The notes under the pieces: model-generated
Told to the model about the DNA's origin: nothing
Database searches by the model: none
The model's input: the letters and a program-made list of their open reading frames with translations, nothing else
Origin: a virus
Lineage: Duplodnaviria; Caudoviricetes
Virus record (IMG/VR): IMGVR_UViG_2833436851_000001
Location: 21,726-85,725 of that record
Length of the DNA stretch: 64,000 bases
Reading direction: 5' to 3' (one strand)
Shown here: one piece after another, positions 55,809 to 64,000 of the stretch
Layout of the letters: every line of letters starts with the position of its first letter
Position numbering within the stretch: the stretch's first letter is position 1
Made by a program: the position numbers and the translations under genes

Positions 55809-56402
55809 ATGTCAGTCAAAGGTCAAATTACCACCGCCGAGCCGCTGGAATTCAAGGATTTCATCCGCCTGCTTTCCAGCCTTCACGAAGACGGCAACTA
55901 CCTCTGGGAACTCTACTGCTGCATCTCTTTCTGTACCGCCTGCCGTGTGTCAGATGTTCTTTCCATGACATGGAAAGACGTACTCGAAAGAGATGCACTC
56001 TACAAAATCGAACAGAAAACCGGCAAGACGCGCCAGATTCCGTTCAACGAAAACGTACAGCGGCGAATCACGTCGCTATATAAACTGCTCGGCTCACCGG
56101 ATAAACGGTTGCCGGTCATCTGCAACCCTAAAACGAAGAAACCCTATACTTCACAGTACATCAACGACACCCTGAAATATCTGCGGGTGAAATATCGGCT
56201 GCCGATCAAACGATTCTCCAGCCACACTTTCCGCAAGACTTTCGGCCGTTACGTTTACGAATCGATGGGGCGCACAACCGAGGCCCTGATCCTGCTGTCG
56301 ATGATTCTCAAACACTCGTCGCCACAGGTGACAATGGTCTATCTGGGAATCCGACAGGAAGAGATTGCCGGAGTTTACGGAACAATCCAACTCAATTATT
56401 GA
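55809..56402 (+). CDS. Tyrosine recombinase, catalytic domain only
   Basis: ACRVSD, EQKTGK, HTFRKTFG, LKHSS, TMVYLG. Confidence 0.88.
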   Translation: MSVKGQITTAEPLEFKDFIRLLSSLHEDGNYLWELYCCISFCTACRVSDVLSMTWKDVLERDALYKIEQKTGKTRQIPFNENVQRRITSLYKLLGSPDKRLPVICNPKTKKPYTSQYINDTLKYLRVKYRLPIKRFSSHTFRKTFGRYVYESMGRTTEALILLSMILKHSSPQVTMVYLGIRQEEIAGVYGTIQLNY

Positions 56403-56537
56403 TACATCATTCGCCATAATGATAACCGGAGCTGTCCTGACGTGAGTCCCGGCAGCTCCACCTTTTTTGAAAAATCAAGAGACGGGTAACGCCGGTCTCT
56501 TTAACATATCAACTAATCTTTATAAAACCTCTTCTTT

Positions 56538-57053
56538 ATGGATAACATAAGCAATATCATGGCCGCCATTGTGGCCATTCTGAAAAACAATGGTCTGACG
56601 GAACTCTCGTTGGGCGATTATGCAGAACAGGAGGATCCGACCTTCATTATTTGGTTCGATAACGACGGAACTCCCTACGACGACCCGGCCATCAAAGTCA
56701 TCGTGGAGAACTCCGAAATATCGGTCGAACTGGAGGCCCGGGATTTCTCCAACAACGTAACTCTTCAGGCTTACGAGATTGACCGTCTGGAATGGTGGCA
56801 AGGTATCCATGCCGGTGTGTTGGGGATTCTCGAAACGGATGGCAAACGCCGTTGTCCGGCCTGCGGAAAACCGCTTCGTGCCCGCCAGAAATACTGCTCC
56901 GAGACCTGCCGGAAATTTGCAATGCCCCAGCCGACACCGCAGGAAATCGCCGAACTGGCAAACAAACGCATTCAGAAACTCATCGTCCGAATCGCACGAG
57001 GCAACCGGAAACTCAAACGATCATTAACCGAAGAATACTTCATTAAACTTTGA
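56538..57053 (+). CDS. Hypothetical protein with zinc ribbon
   Basis: CPACGK...YCSETC. Confidence 0.7.
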   Translation: MDNISNIMAAIVAILKNNGLTELSLGDYAEQEDPTFIIWFDNDGTPYDDPAIKVIVENSEISVELEARDFSNNVTLQAYEIDRLEWWQGIHAGVLGILETDGKRRCPACGKPLRARQKYCSETCRKFAMPQPTPQEIAELANKRIQKLIVRIARGNRKLKRSLTEEYFIKL

Positions 57054-57532
57054 CGATTATGGACTTACACCAGTATTACAAAGAGAACAAAGACGAAATC
57101 AATTCGTCCATCATGGAAATTGCCAGCGACCTGGCTGTTGCCAGGTTGGTTGACAAACACAAACTGCCTTTCGATGCCTTTGTCGAGCCGGAGGACCCGG
57201 ACGATCCGGACAGTGGAACCTGCTATAAAGAAGAGTATCAGGACGAATACAATCGGTTCTACGACGAGGAATACAACCGCCTTGCCCAACTGATGAAATT
57301 CGACATCACGTCTCCCGATGGCATCGCCGGGAACGACAACGATTCTCGGGCAACCGAAGTCAAGACGGTTTACGTTACGGTTCGCTACGACATCGAGAAC
57401 CGAAACGGCAGCGAGGTATCCGAGGAGGATATCGACGACATCCTCGACCAGTTCCACCGAGACACGAAAATCGTGGGCGACATCATCGTGAACACAGAAA
57501 TCTGCGGCCGCAATGATGAAGGTGGTTTTTAG
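57050..57532 (+). CDS. Hypothetical acidic protein
   Basis: 160 aa ORF in operon. Confidence 0.7.
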   Translation: MTIMDLHQYYKENKDEINSSIMEIASDLAVARLVDKHKLPFDAFVEPEDPDDPDSGTCYKEEYQDEYNRFYDEEYNRLAQLMKFDITSPDGIAGNDNDSRATEVKTVYVTVRYDIENRNGSEVSEEDIDDILDQFHRDTKIVGDIIVNTEICGRNDEGGF

Positions 57533-57755
57533 AAAATGGAAGAACGGCGACATCATCGCACTCTTCCCCGACGAACCGTGGAGTCAGAGTAGCTATATGA
57601 CTACCTCCTACATGCACATCGGTCAACACGGAGCCGCAGACTATGCCGATGTAATCGCGGATACGTCTCCCGCGCAAGAAAACGAATACAAAGATTTGCT
57701 CAATGAACTGAAAGCCATCGGTTATACCGATCTGCGCGTCGTTCAGCGAGCATGA
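57513..57755 (+). CDS. Hypothetical protein
   Basis: VVFRKW..GDIIALFP...YMHIGQH. Confidence 0.65.
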   Translation: MMKVVFRKWKNGDIIALFPDEPWSQSSYMTTSYMHIGQHGAADYADVIADTSPAQENEYKDLLNELKAIGYTDLRVVQRA

Positions 57756-57781
57756 TCCAAATTCACTAACAAAAACATATA

Positions 57782-58264
57782 ATGGAAAATAAGACTTACG
57801 AAATCGAAATAGACGGACGAATCATTCCCGTCACAACAAAAGAAGTGTTGGACTTCTACCCGAAAGATTATCATCTTACCGAAGACGACATCCGGCAATA
57901 TGCCGCCATGTACACTGCCCGAATCAAATGTTACAGAGAGTATGACGGCCTACTCGATGCCGCTTACGTTCGCAGGCTTTTAGACGAAGAACGCCTGATG
58001 AAAAACGGAGAGTCGGACGGCTTCCGCCTACAACTTAATTTCAGATGGTATGTAGAACTCCGCAAAGAAGACGGGCCACGAGTTGCCCCGTTCAAATATG
58101 CCATAGAGGCTTACTGCCTGGACAACATCCAATCTTTCTCACGCCGGTATGTCAGCATGGAAAAGGCACTGCTACATTGCCTGAACGGATTCAACGAAAA
58201 CGCAGCCATACCGAACCGCTACGAATCCATCCAAGATTACTTATCCAAACACCCTGAACAATGA
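57782..58264 (+). CDS. Hypothetical protein
   Basis: 160 aa ORF. Confidence 0.7.
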   Translation: MENKTYEIEIDGRIIPVTTKEVLDFYPKDYHLTEDDIRQYAAMYTARIKCYREYDGLLDAAYVRRLLDEERLMKNGESDGFRLQLNFRWYVELRKEDGPRVAPFKYAIEAYCLDNIQSFSRRYVSMEKALLHCLNGFNENAAIPNRYESIQDYLSKHPEQ

Positions 58265-58716
58265 TAAAAGCAACAATCATCTTCGGTGGTGATGCCATCA
58301 GATACTATAACGAAACCGGCCAAATCCCGTCAGCCGAATGGTTGATGGATAACGGCGGTGCAGTTCAGAACATTGAATTCCCCACAAAAGCGGAGTACAA
58401 CGCCTACGTGCAAGGCGTATCGGATGCCCACTTGTGGGGCGATTATCACATCCTCCCGAAAACTGCCGAAACGCCCCAACCAGAAAGTACGCTTTGGATG
58501 CGATTGGGCATAACCGTACACGGGACCAAAGACGACATCGAGAAAATCATTCAAGGAGACCATACGGCCTTAAATCGGCTTCTCGGAAAGAAGAGCTTCG
58601 ACATTGATGGCGAGACATACATCCCGTCATCCGTGATTGAAGAATACAACAAAGAAAATCAAACCGACTTCGACGAAGAGGATATTGATTTTCCAACTAC
58701 TTACATATCACAATAA
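58261..58716 (+). CDS. Hypothetical protein
   Basis: 151 aa, ATGA overlap. Confidence 0.7.
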   Translation: MIKATIIFGGDAIRYYNETGQIPSAEWLMDNGGAVQNIEFPTKAEYNAYVQGVSDAHLWGDYHILPKTAETPQPESTLWMRLGITVHGTKDDIEKIIQGDHTALNRLLGKKSFDIDGETYIPSSVIEEYNKENQTDFDEEDIDFPTTYISQ

Positions 58717-58719
58717 ATT

Positions 58720-59403
58720 ATGACACCGCAAGAACAAGAACGGAAATTATCGCAGAATATCATAGATTCTCTATGCCACATATCCGAACGCCCTGACGGG
58801 TGGTTACCTCACATCGTATTCGTGGAAGAAGAAGGAGAAGACGGCTATCCCTGCTATGTCAGGTATAACTTGATCGACTATCACGCGGACGGTACTTGTA
58901 CGCTCCAGCGCCCGAATACGGAGGTCCAGGAAACAGACCGTGAACTTTGTGAGATCAATATAGATTGGCTTATAACCGTCTGGAACTGGTACGTCGAGTT
59001 AAGCATCGAGCAGAAAACATGGAAGGACCATGCGGTAGAGGTCCTCCTGCAAAATAGCAACGCCGACGAAAGCGTGATTCGGGAATTTGTAGAGGAACAC
59101 TGGCAGAATCTGCTGCTGGACAAAGACAACAGCAAGGCATTTGAGAATTGGCTGCATCAGGATGAATCAAAGCCACGTTATTATGCTTTCATCTGGAATT
59201 GCTGCCATCTGGATCGCAATATTTCCAATGCGCAACTGCTCGAAGCCTGGCGAAACGGTCCTTCTCGCAGCACCACAAACGAAGACGAGGAACCCGAATA
59301 CGAAGTCGAACGACTGACGCTCGACGAATTAGCCGAGCGCATCAACGATGAACGCTTTAACGATACCGAAGACTATGTCCGATTCATACAAATAATTGAT
59401 TAA
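58720..59403 (+). CDS. Hypothetical protein
   Basis: 227 aa ORF. Confidence 0.7.
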   Translation: MTPQEQERKLSQNIIDSLCHISERPDGWLPHIVFVEEEGEDGYPCYVRYNLIDYHADGTCTLQRPNTEVQETDRELCEINIDWLITVWNWYVELSIEQKTWKDHAVEVLLQNSNADESVIREFVEEHWQNLLLDKDNSKAFENWLHQDESKPRYYAFIWNCCHLDRNISNAQLLEAWRNGPSRSTTNEDEEPEYEVERLTLDELAERINDERFNDTEDYVRFIQIID

Positions 59404-59941
59404 CAAAGAAATTGTGGAAACAGATAGAAAAGAATACCTCCAGCGTCCTCTTATCGAGGGCGTTGTTTATGAGATCACAAACAATCTCATACGTGTCAGT
59501 AATTCCAATACACTCTTCATAAACCTTGAAAAAAGGGAGCGGATTCAGCTTGCAGAAGTCGAAAAACTTTTCCGAGAATTACGAAAAATCGCAAAGAATA
59601 ACCCCAGACTCAAGCTGAAAGGAGTTACGAAATTCCTCCCGACCATACGGGAACTATATCCGGAATACTGCAAAAGTGTCTCTCTTATAGAAAAAAACTT
59701 CTCGGAAATCAGCGAACTGTTCAGGCAAATCAAAACCGACGGACTTCACATGGGGTGTCGTGATGATGAATTGCTGAATCTGGCCAATACAAAAAGATTC
59801 GAGATAGAACGCCAACACTATCAAAATAGCCCATATTCTCGATTTGTGAGATGTTATACGAACCTGAAATCCGCTCTGAAAATGCAGGGATGGAAAGACG
59901 AGGGAATCGTTAGCTACACCGTATTGCTGTTACCGTTCTAA
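59396..59941 (+). CDS. Hypothetical protein
   Basis: 181 aa ORF; start uncertain. Confidence 0.6.
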   Translation: MINKEIVETDRKEYLQRPLIEGVVYEITNNLIRVSNSNTLFINLEKRERIQLAEVEKLFRELRKIAKNNPRLKLKGVTKFLPTIRELYPEYCKSVSLIEKNFSEISELFRQIKTDGLHMGCRDDELLNLANTKRFEIERQHYQNSPYSRFVRCYTNLKSALKMQGWKDEGIVSYTVLLLPF

Positions 59942-59952
59942 ATACCGATACC

Positions 59953-60507
59953 ATGTTCATATCGAAATCATTAGCAATGAAACTCCGTCATTCCGCCTCG
60001 GTATTATTGCACGATGGAACAGACGAAAACGGCATGCCGAAAGTCGCGGTTCGACAAGTGAAATCCGCTTGGGGTAAATTCGAGCCGACCGGCCGTAATG
60101 GCGGTGTCTGTTTTCCTGCGTTAGCGGACGGCGCCACCCAAATCTCCTACGCAAACATTTTAGGCTACCATACCGGGAAAGAAGCCAGCATTCAACCTTT
60201 GATACTCAAAGACTACTTCTGGCGGTCGAAAATGTCGTACCATGACTGGCCGGACTTTCTCCGGAACGCGGCAGAACTGCTGCTTGCTTCCCGAACAGAT
60301 GCCGCCACCCATATCACAGCCTCAAAGCTCACAACCACGAACTATTGGTTCTGCGACAAATGGTACGGACACCGGCTCTCTTTCGTCCGCTTGCGGGACG
60401 CAAAGAAAGCCGCACTGACACAAATCGGAGTAAGCGTAACCATATTCTCCCGCAAGACAGGGGACATCGTCTGTTTCGCCCCGGCATCGGGTTATTGCCC
60501 GCCTTGA
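59953..60507 (+). CDS. Hypothetical protein
   Basis: 184 aa ORF. Confidence 0.65.
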   Translation: MFISKSLAMKLRHSASVLLHDGTDENGMPKVAVRQVKSAWGKFEPTGRNGGVCFPALADGATQISYANILGYHTGKEASIQPLILKDYFWRSKMSYHDWPDFLRNAAELLLASRTDAATHITASKLTTTNYWFCDKWYGHRLSFVRLRDAKKAALTQIGVSVTIFSRKTGDIVCFAPASGYCPP

Positions 60508-60523
60508 TTGTCTTGTGAAAGAA

Positions 60524-61177
60524 CTAAATGCACTCAGAATCCCGAGAAATTTCCGGAAAATTATCATCTACCGTTCCGGGTATATTTCCGTGAATACTAT
60601 ATTCTTTGGCCGAGATAGTGGATTCTGTATCATTTTCATGGTCTTCTTTACGGAACAAAATGGGAATAGCCTCAGATTGATAGGATTCCTGCTCATTGCT
60701 AACCGCATATCTTATTTCATACGCCTCATCAAAAGGAGTTATCAAAAAGAGCCGAAGAGATGCTGAATACAAGTACAAAGGATGTCGCACCATTTCGCCA
60801 GGTAATATAGGTTTGGTTTCACCTTGCCTTATAGCGATATAATCCCCTTTAGGCTTTATGGTTATATCGGAATGATGCTGGTCTGTATGTACAATTATAC
60901 GGTAAATCTCAATGGGATAAGACAAATTCTTGACCAATATCTCCATACCCCACATTACATCATGTTTCAATGTAATTTGGATTTTGGGGTATATGGTGTT
61001 TCCCGCTTGAATACGTGCCATTTCATATTGGCGTGTAAATGTAGTCGCCATCTGGGACAGACTGTCAATCTGTTTCTGTGTTCCTCTCTGGCTTTTAATC
61101 ACATAAATAAAGGTCCCTGCGGTTGCCAATGCACCGAGGGCTGTAATACAATTGATAATTATTTCAAAGTTAGACAT
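60524..61177 (-). CDS. AT-rich cargo membrane-anchored protein
   Basis: N-terminal TM helix IIINCITALGALATAGTFIYVI; TATCTTTG on - strand at 61201-61208; antisense to neighbours. Confidence 0.7.
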   Translation of the reverse strand: MSNFEIIINCITALGALATAGTFIYVIKSQRGTQKQIDSLSQMATTFTRQYEMARIQAGNTIYPKIQITLKHDVMWGMEILVKNLSYPIEIYRIIVHTDQHHSDITIKPKGDYIAIRQGETKPILPGEMVRHPLYLYSASLRLFLITPFDEAYEIRYAVSNEQESYQSEAIPILFRKEDHENDTESTISAKEYSIHGNIPGTVDDNFPEISRDSECI

Positions 61178-61268
61178 AAATAGGCTTTAATACTTAAATG
61201 CAAAGATATGAATGATTTACGATGCAGCAAAATTTCATTCAATATCATATCAATAAAACCAATCAATC

Positions 61269-61499
61269 ATGAACAAAGACAGACGAAAACAACTCGAAGA
61301 TGTAAAAGATTCCCTCGACGAAATCATCGCATCATTGAACGACATCAAGGACGAAGAACAGGATGCCTACGACAACATGCCCGAAAGCCTCCAATCATCG
61401 GACAACGGCTCCCGTATGACCGACGCCATCGATGCAATCGACGAAGCCATCTCTTCCGTCGAGGAGGCTCAACAGCATATCGATGAAGCTGCCGCATAA
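61269..61499 (+). CDS. Small acidic coiled-coil protein
   Basis: MNKDRRKQL...EEQDAYDNMPESLQ. Confidence 0.7.
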   Translation: MNKDRRKQLEDVKDSLDEIIASLNDIKDEEQDAYDNMPESLQSSDNGSRMTDAIDAIDEAISSVEEAQQHIDEAAA

Positions 61500-61578
61500 A
61501 AATAACAGGGCGGCTTGCACCGGTTCCTTCGTCCGGAGCATTATTCTTTATTTACACGAACCATTAAAAAGCAACGTT

Positions 61579-62013
61579 ATGACAATAGAAGAACTGTTAA
61601 ACAGCTACTTTCAACGCGATGCGAAAGTTTCCGAACAGCTCGACACAATCGAACGTGCCGAGGCCGATATGCAACCCGTGCCGAAATTGACTATTTCAGT
61701 ACCGAACTATGCGGATGAAGTTATCCGGCCTATCCTGAAAATGGTGGCCGTGGCACTTCCCGAATACGAAATCACGGTGCCGTCCTCAAAACAGTGCAAA
61801 CTGGTCAACGGACTGTTTCAGATACGGACGGACAAAATCTGCCTCGGCGGCCTCTCGTATCCAACCAAGGACGACCACAAACTCTATTTCGCCCCGCTGT
61901 TTCATCGCAAAGCCGGCGAAAGGCAGGAAGTGAAGACCTTGGAGCAATTAGTGAAATTGCTCCGTGCAGAACTCAACAAACGGGGATTGCTGATCCTTCC
62001 GAAACATCTTTAA
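61579..62013 (+). CDS. Hypothetical protein
   Basis: Start MTIEELL at 61579. Confidence 0.65.
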   Translation: MTIEELLNSYFQRDAKVSEQLDTIERAEADMQPVPKLTISVPNYADEVIRPILKMVAVALPEYEITVPSSKQCKLVNGLFQIRTDKICLGGLSYPTKDDHKLYFAPLFHRKAGERQEVKTLEQLVKLLRAELNKRGLLILPKHL

Positions 62014-62025
62014 TCCAATAGCGCC

Positions 62026-62688
62026 ATGACAGAACAAGAGTTAAAACGACAGACCGAACGGGAAATCCGGTGGCGGATAGGCTTCCGGCTCCTTCCGTGG
62101 ATGCTCCTGATACTTATCATCTGTATCGGACTGCTGAAAGACTGTATCCGCTCACGAGACCCGATAGACGACAGCATCAACCGTTCGCAGGAAGTCGTCC
62201 GTCATCTCGAAGTATGCGACACCACCCGAAACGGATTCCGTGTAGTGTACGTTACCAATGATGCTGTCACGGTTCAGCGGCTGAACGAAATCCGACTTCG
62301 CCAGCCGTTGAATCGCGCATTCTGCAAACTGAAAGACAGCGCGGCTTTTTACTTCGGCGGAAGTCTGCTCCAAACCGACATCTACGACTTTGCCGCATAC
62401 GCCCGTCAGTTCGATGTGGACGATGACGTGCGAATGCAGAACATCTTCATTTTCGGTCCCGAGAAGCAGAAATTATACGTTGGAGAGAACCCTCGGATAA
62501 AAAATTCCGCTACATGGATCAATCCTGCCACCGAACAAGGGGTACAATATATCAATGCAGATGATATTTATTTCCGTGTGGGCAAAGGCGAAAGAGTCTA
62601 TCGGTATTGGAAATGTCACGGAAACCACTCAACGTCCACTACTGACGAACGTTTCAGTCATTTTTCCGAAGACGAAAGACTATGGTAA
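62026..62688 (+). CDS. Hypothetical membrane-anchored protein
   Basis: TM segment LLPWMLLILIICIGLL. Confidence 0.7.
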   Translation: MTEQELKRQTEREIRWRIGFRLLPWMLLILIICIGLLKDCIRSRDPIDDSINRSQEVVRHLEVCDTTRNGFRVVYVTNDAVTVQRLNEIRLRQPLNRAFCKLKDSAAFYFGGSLLQTDIYDFAAYARQFDVDDDVRMQNIFIFGPEKQKLYVGENPRIKNSATWINPATEQGVQYINADDIYFRVGKGERVYRYWKCHGNHSTSTTDERFSHFSEDERLW

Positions 62689-62863
62689 CAGGCTCCGTTT
62701 TTCTCTGTAAATAGCCCGTTTATCGGTCAAAAAATAGTCGTAAATTTATTTGCTTACTCCGAAATGAAAATATAAATTTGCGATATGATTTTCAATAATA
62801 ATGACTGATTTACATTTTGTTAATTGACCGTACAACCAGATTGGAATAATATGAGAACGGAGT

Positions 62864-63382
62864 ATGATATCAGAGCGAACGCAATTAAAATTTGCGACCT
62901 CGGAAAGAACCGGCGAGATCATCGGATTCGTGTCGCGCCATTCGAAGACAAAGCAACTGCGAGGAGTACGTGAGGATTCACCTTACAAGAAGAAAATTTG
63001 TGTATTGTCTGAAGACCTGAAAGGCAAAGTCCAGCCGAACATATTGTATTCGGTCGAACTCAAAGCAATGCACTCACGCAACGGTTTTGTCGTAGTAGCG
63101 GCTACACCGCTTCTTTTCAAGGCCACGATTAACACACTGGTGATACCGGGTGAAACTTATCGGGTAACCGTCAACTTTGGAAACAAAACCGTTTACTTCG
63201 ATCCGCTGAGAGGTAATTCATACTCCAGCAAGACAGTATCGGGAGTTGTCTCCCTGTTACAACGCCGCACCGACATCGAAAACTTGGAAAGCGTAATCAA
63301 CAGCTTCAAATCCGCTGCCGCAAGACTTCTGCGGAGAATGGCCGACGACGGATTCAGCACACCGGCCATTCCCGGTTTGTAA
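62864..63382 (+). CDS. Hypothetical protein
   Basis: 172 aa; TAAATTTG at 62773-62780. Confidence 0.7.
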   Translation: MISERTQLKFATSERTGEIIGFVSRHSKTKQLRGVREDSPYKKKICVLSEDLKGKVQPNILYSVELKAMHSRNGFVVVAATPLLFKATINTLVIPGETYRVTVNFGNKTVYFDPLRGNSYSSKTVSGVVSLLQRRTDIENLESVINSFKSAAARLLRRMADDGFSTPAIPGL

Positions 63383-63774
63383 TGCGCCCGGAACGTGGAA
63401 TAGCCACCGACGGGGCACATTCTATGAAAAGAGGAGTTACCCGGTACAGAGCCGTTGATTTGGGCACCGGCGAACTCCTCTTTGAACAGAATATCGGAAA
63501 CCAGACCATCAATATCGGTGAATTTTTAGGCGTTGTCGAAGCCGCAAAATACATCATCGAACATCGTTTCAGTCCGGCAATCATCTACACCGATAGTCTT
63601 ACCGCCCTGACGTGGTTTAACGAGAAACGAACAGCCTCGCGCAAAAGAAACGCCGCACTCAAAAAAGCGGAAATCTTTCTCAAAGCGATGGCCTCCGAAA
63701 TCGACAAAATCGAAGTGCTCCACTGGAACAATTCCCTGTGGGGCGAGACGCCCGCTGATTTCGGCGAGAAATAA
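63382..63774 (+). CDS. Ribonuclease HI-like protein
   Basis: IATDGA, NIGEFLG, IYTDSLTA, WGETPADFG (D-E-D-D catalytic set). Confidence 0.85.
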   Translation: MRPERGIATDGAHSMKRGVTRYRAVDLGTGELLFEQNIGNQTINIGEFLGVVEAAKYIIEHRFSPAIIYTDSLTALTWFNEKRTASRKRNAALKKAEIFLKAMASEIDKIEVLHWNNSLWGETPADFGEK

Positions 63775-63793
63775 CAATTCAACCCCGCGACTT

Positions 63794-64000
63794 ATGGCAA
63801 GACTCAAAAAAGACCTTCACAAATACGTCGAGATTCGGGAAGAAGACTACCTCCAATTAGTTGAAAACACAATGATAGTTGAGGCCATGAAACTGGCCGG
63901 AGTAGAAAAACTTCCCCTATGGAAAGCCGTCCGCCGAATCTTGGACGACAGACGTATCGAGATACACGTCAAACCCGTCAATCGACGATACGCCGATTGA
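63794..64000 (+). CDS. Hypothetical protein
   Basis: 68 aa ending at TGA 63998-64000. Confidence 0.6.
   Translation: MARLKKDLHKYVEIREEDYLQLVENTMIVEAMKLAGVEKLPLWKAVRRILDDRRIEIHVKPVNRRYAD

Larger units (their letters stand above)
1..64000. mobile_element. Large Bacteroidales prophage / phage-plasmid segment (myovirus-type morphogenesis module plus early region)
   Basis: Complete head-tail gene series on - strand (1-34438), many short hypothetical early genes, antirepressor, tyrosine recombinase, no host housekeeping genes; both window ends fall inside the element. Confidence 0.9.

Overview
The window is an internal segment of a large Bacteroidales temperate phage or phage-plasmid (host-type TAnnTTTG promoters), with no ends or att sites visible. 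Positions 1-34438 (- strand) hold a contractile-tail virion module: portal, protease/scaffold, capsid, sheath, tube, frameshifted chaperone, tape measure, hub, spike, fibres and baseplate. A repeated bipartite promoter-like motif (..ACC-N16/17-CTATTCTT) precedes many of these genes. Three opposite-strand cargo loci interrupt the module: a fused SIR2-Argonaute, a HExxH protein and an AbiL-like ATPase+RloB pair. Positions 34711-64000 (mostly +) hold regulatory and early genes. The standout is a stand-alone reverse transcriptase (47171-48436, YSDD) followed directly by seven non-coding units of about 170-176 nt (48447-49620), with an eighth orphan unit at 51417-51546. Each unit has fixed-spacing flanking motifs, a covarying closing stem and a long hairpin of unique sequence. 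This looks like an RT with a multi-template ncRNA array rather than a CRISPR, DGR, group II intron or classical single retron. A second candidate is a large structured ncRNA (about 40260-40890) ending in a tRNA-like domain. All calls come from reading motifs by eye; no database search was run.
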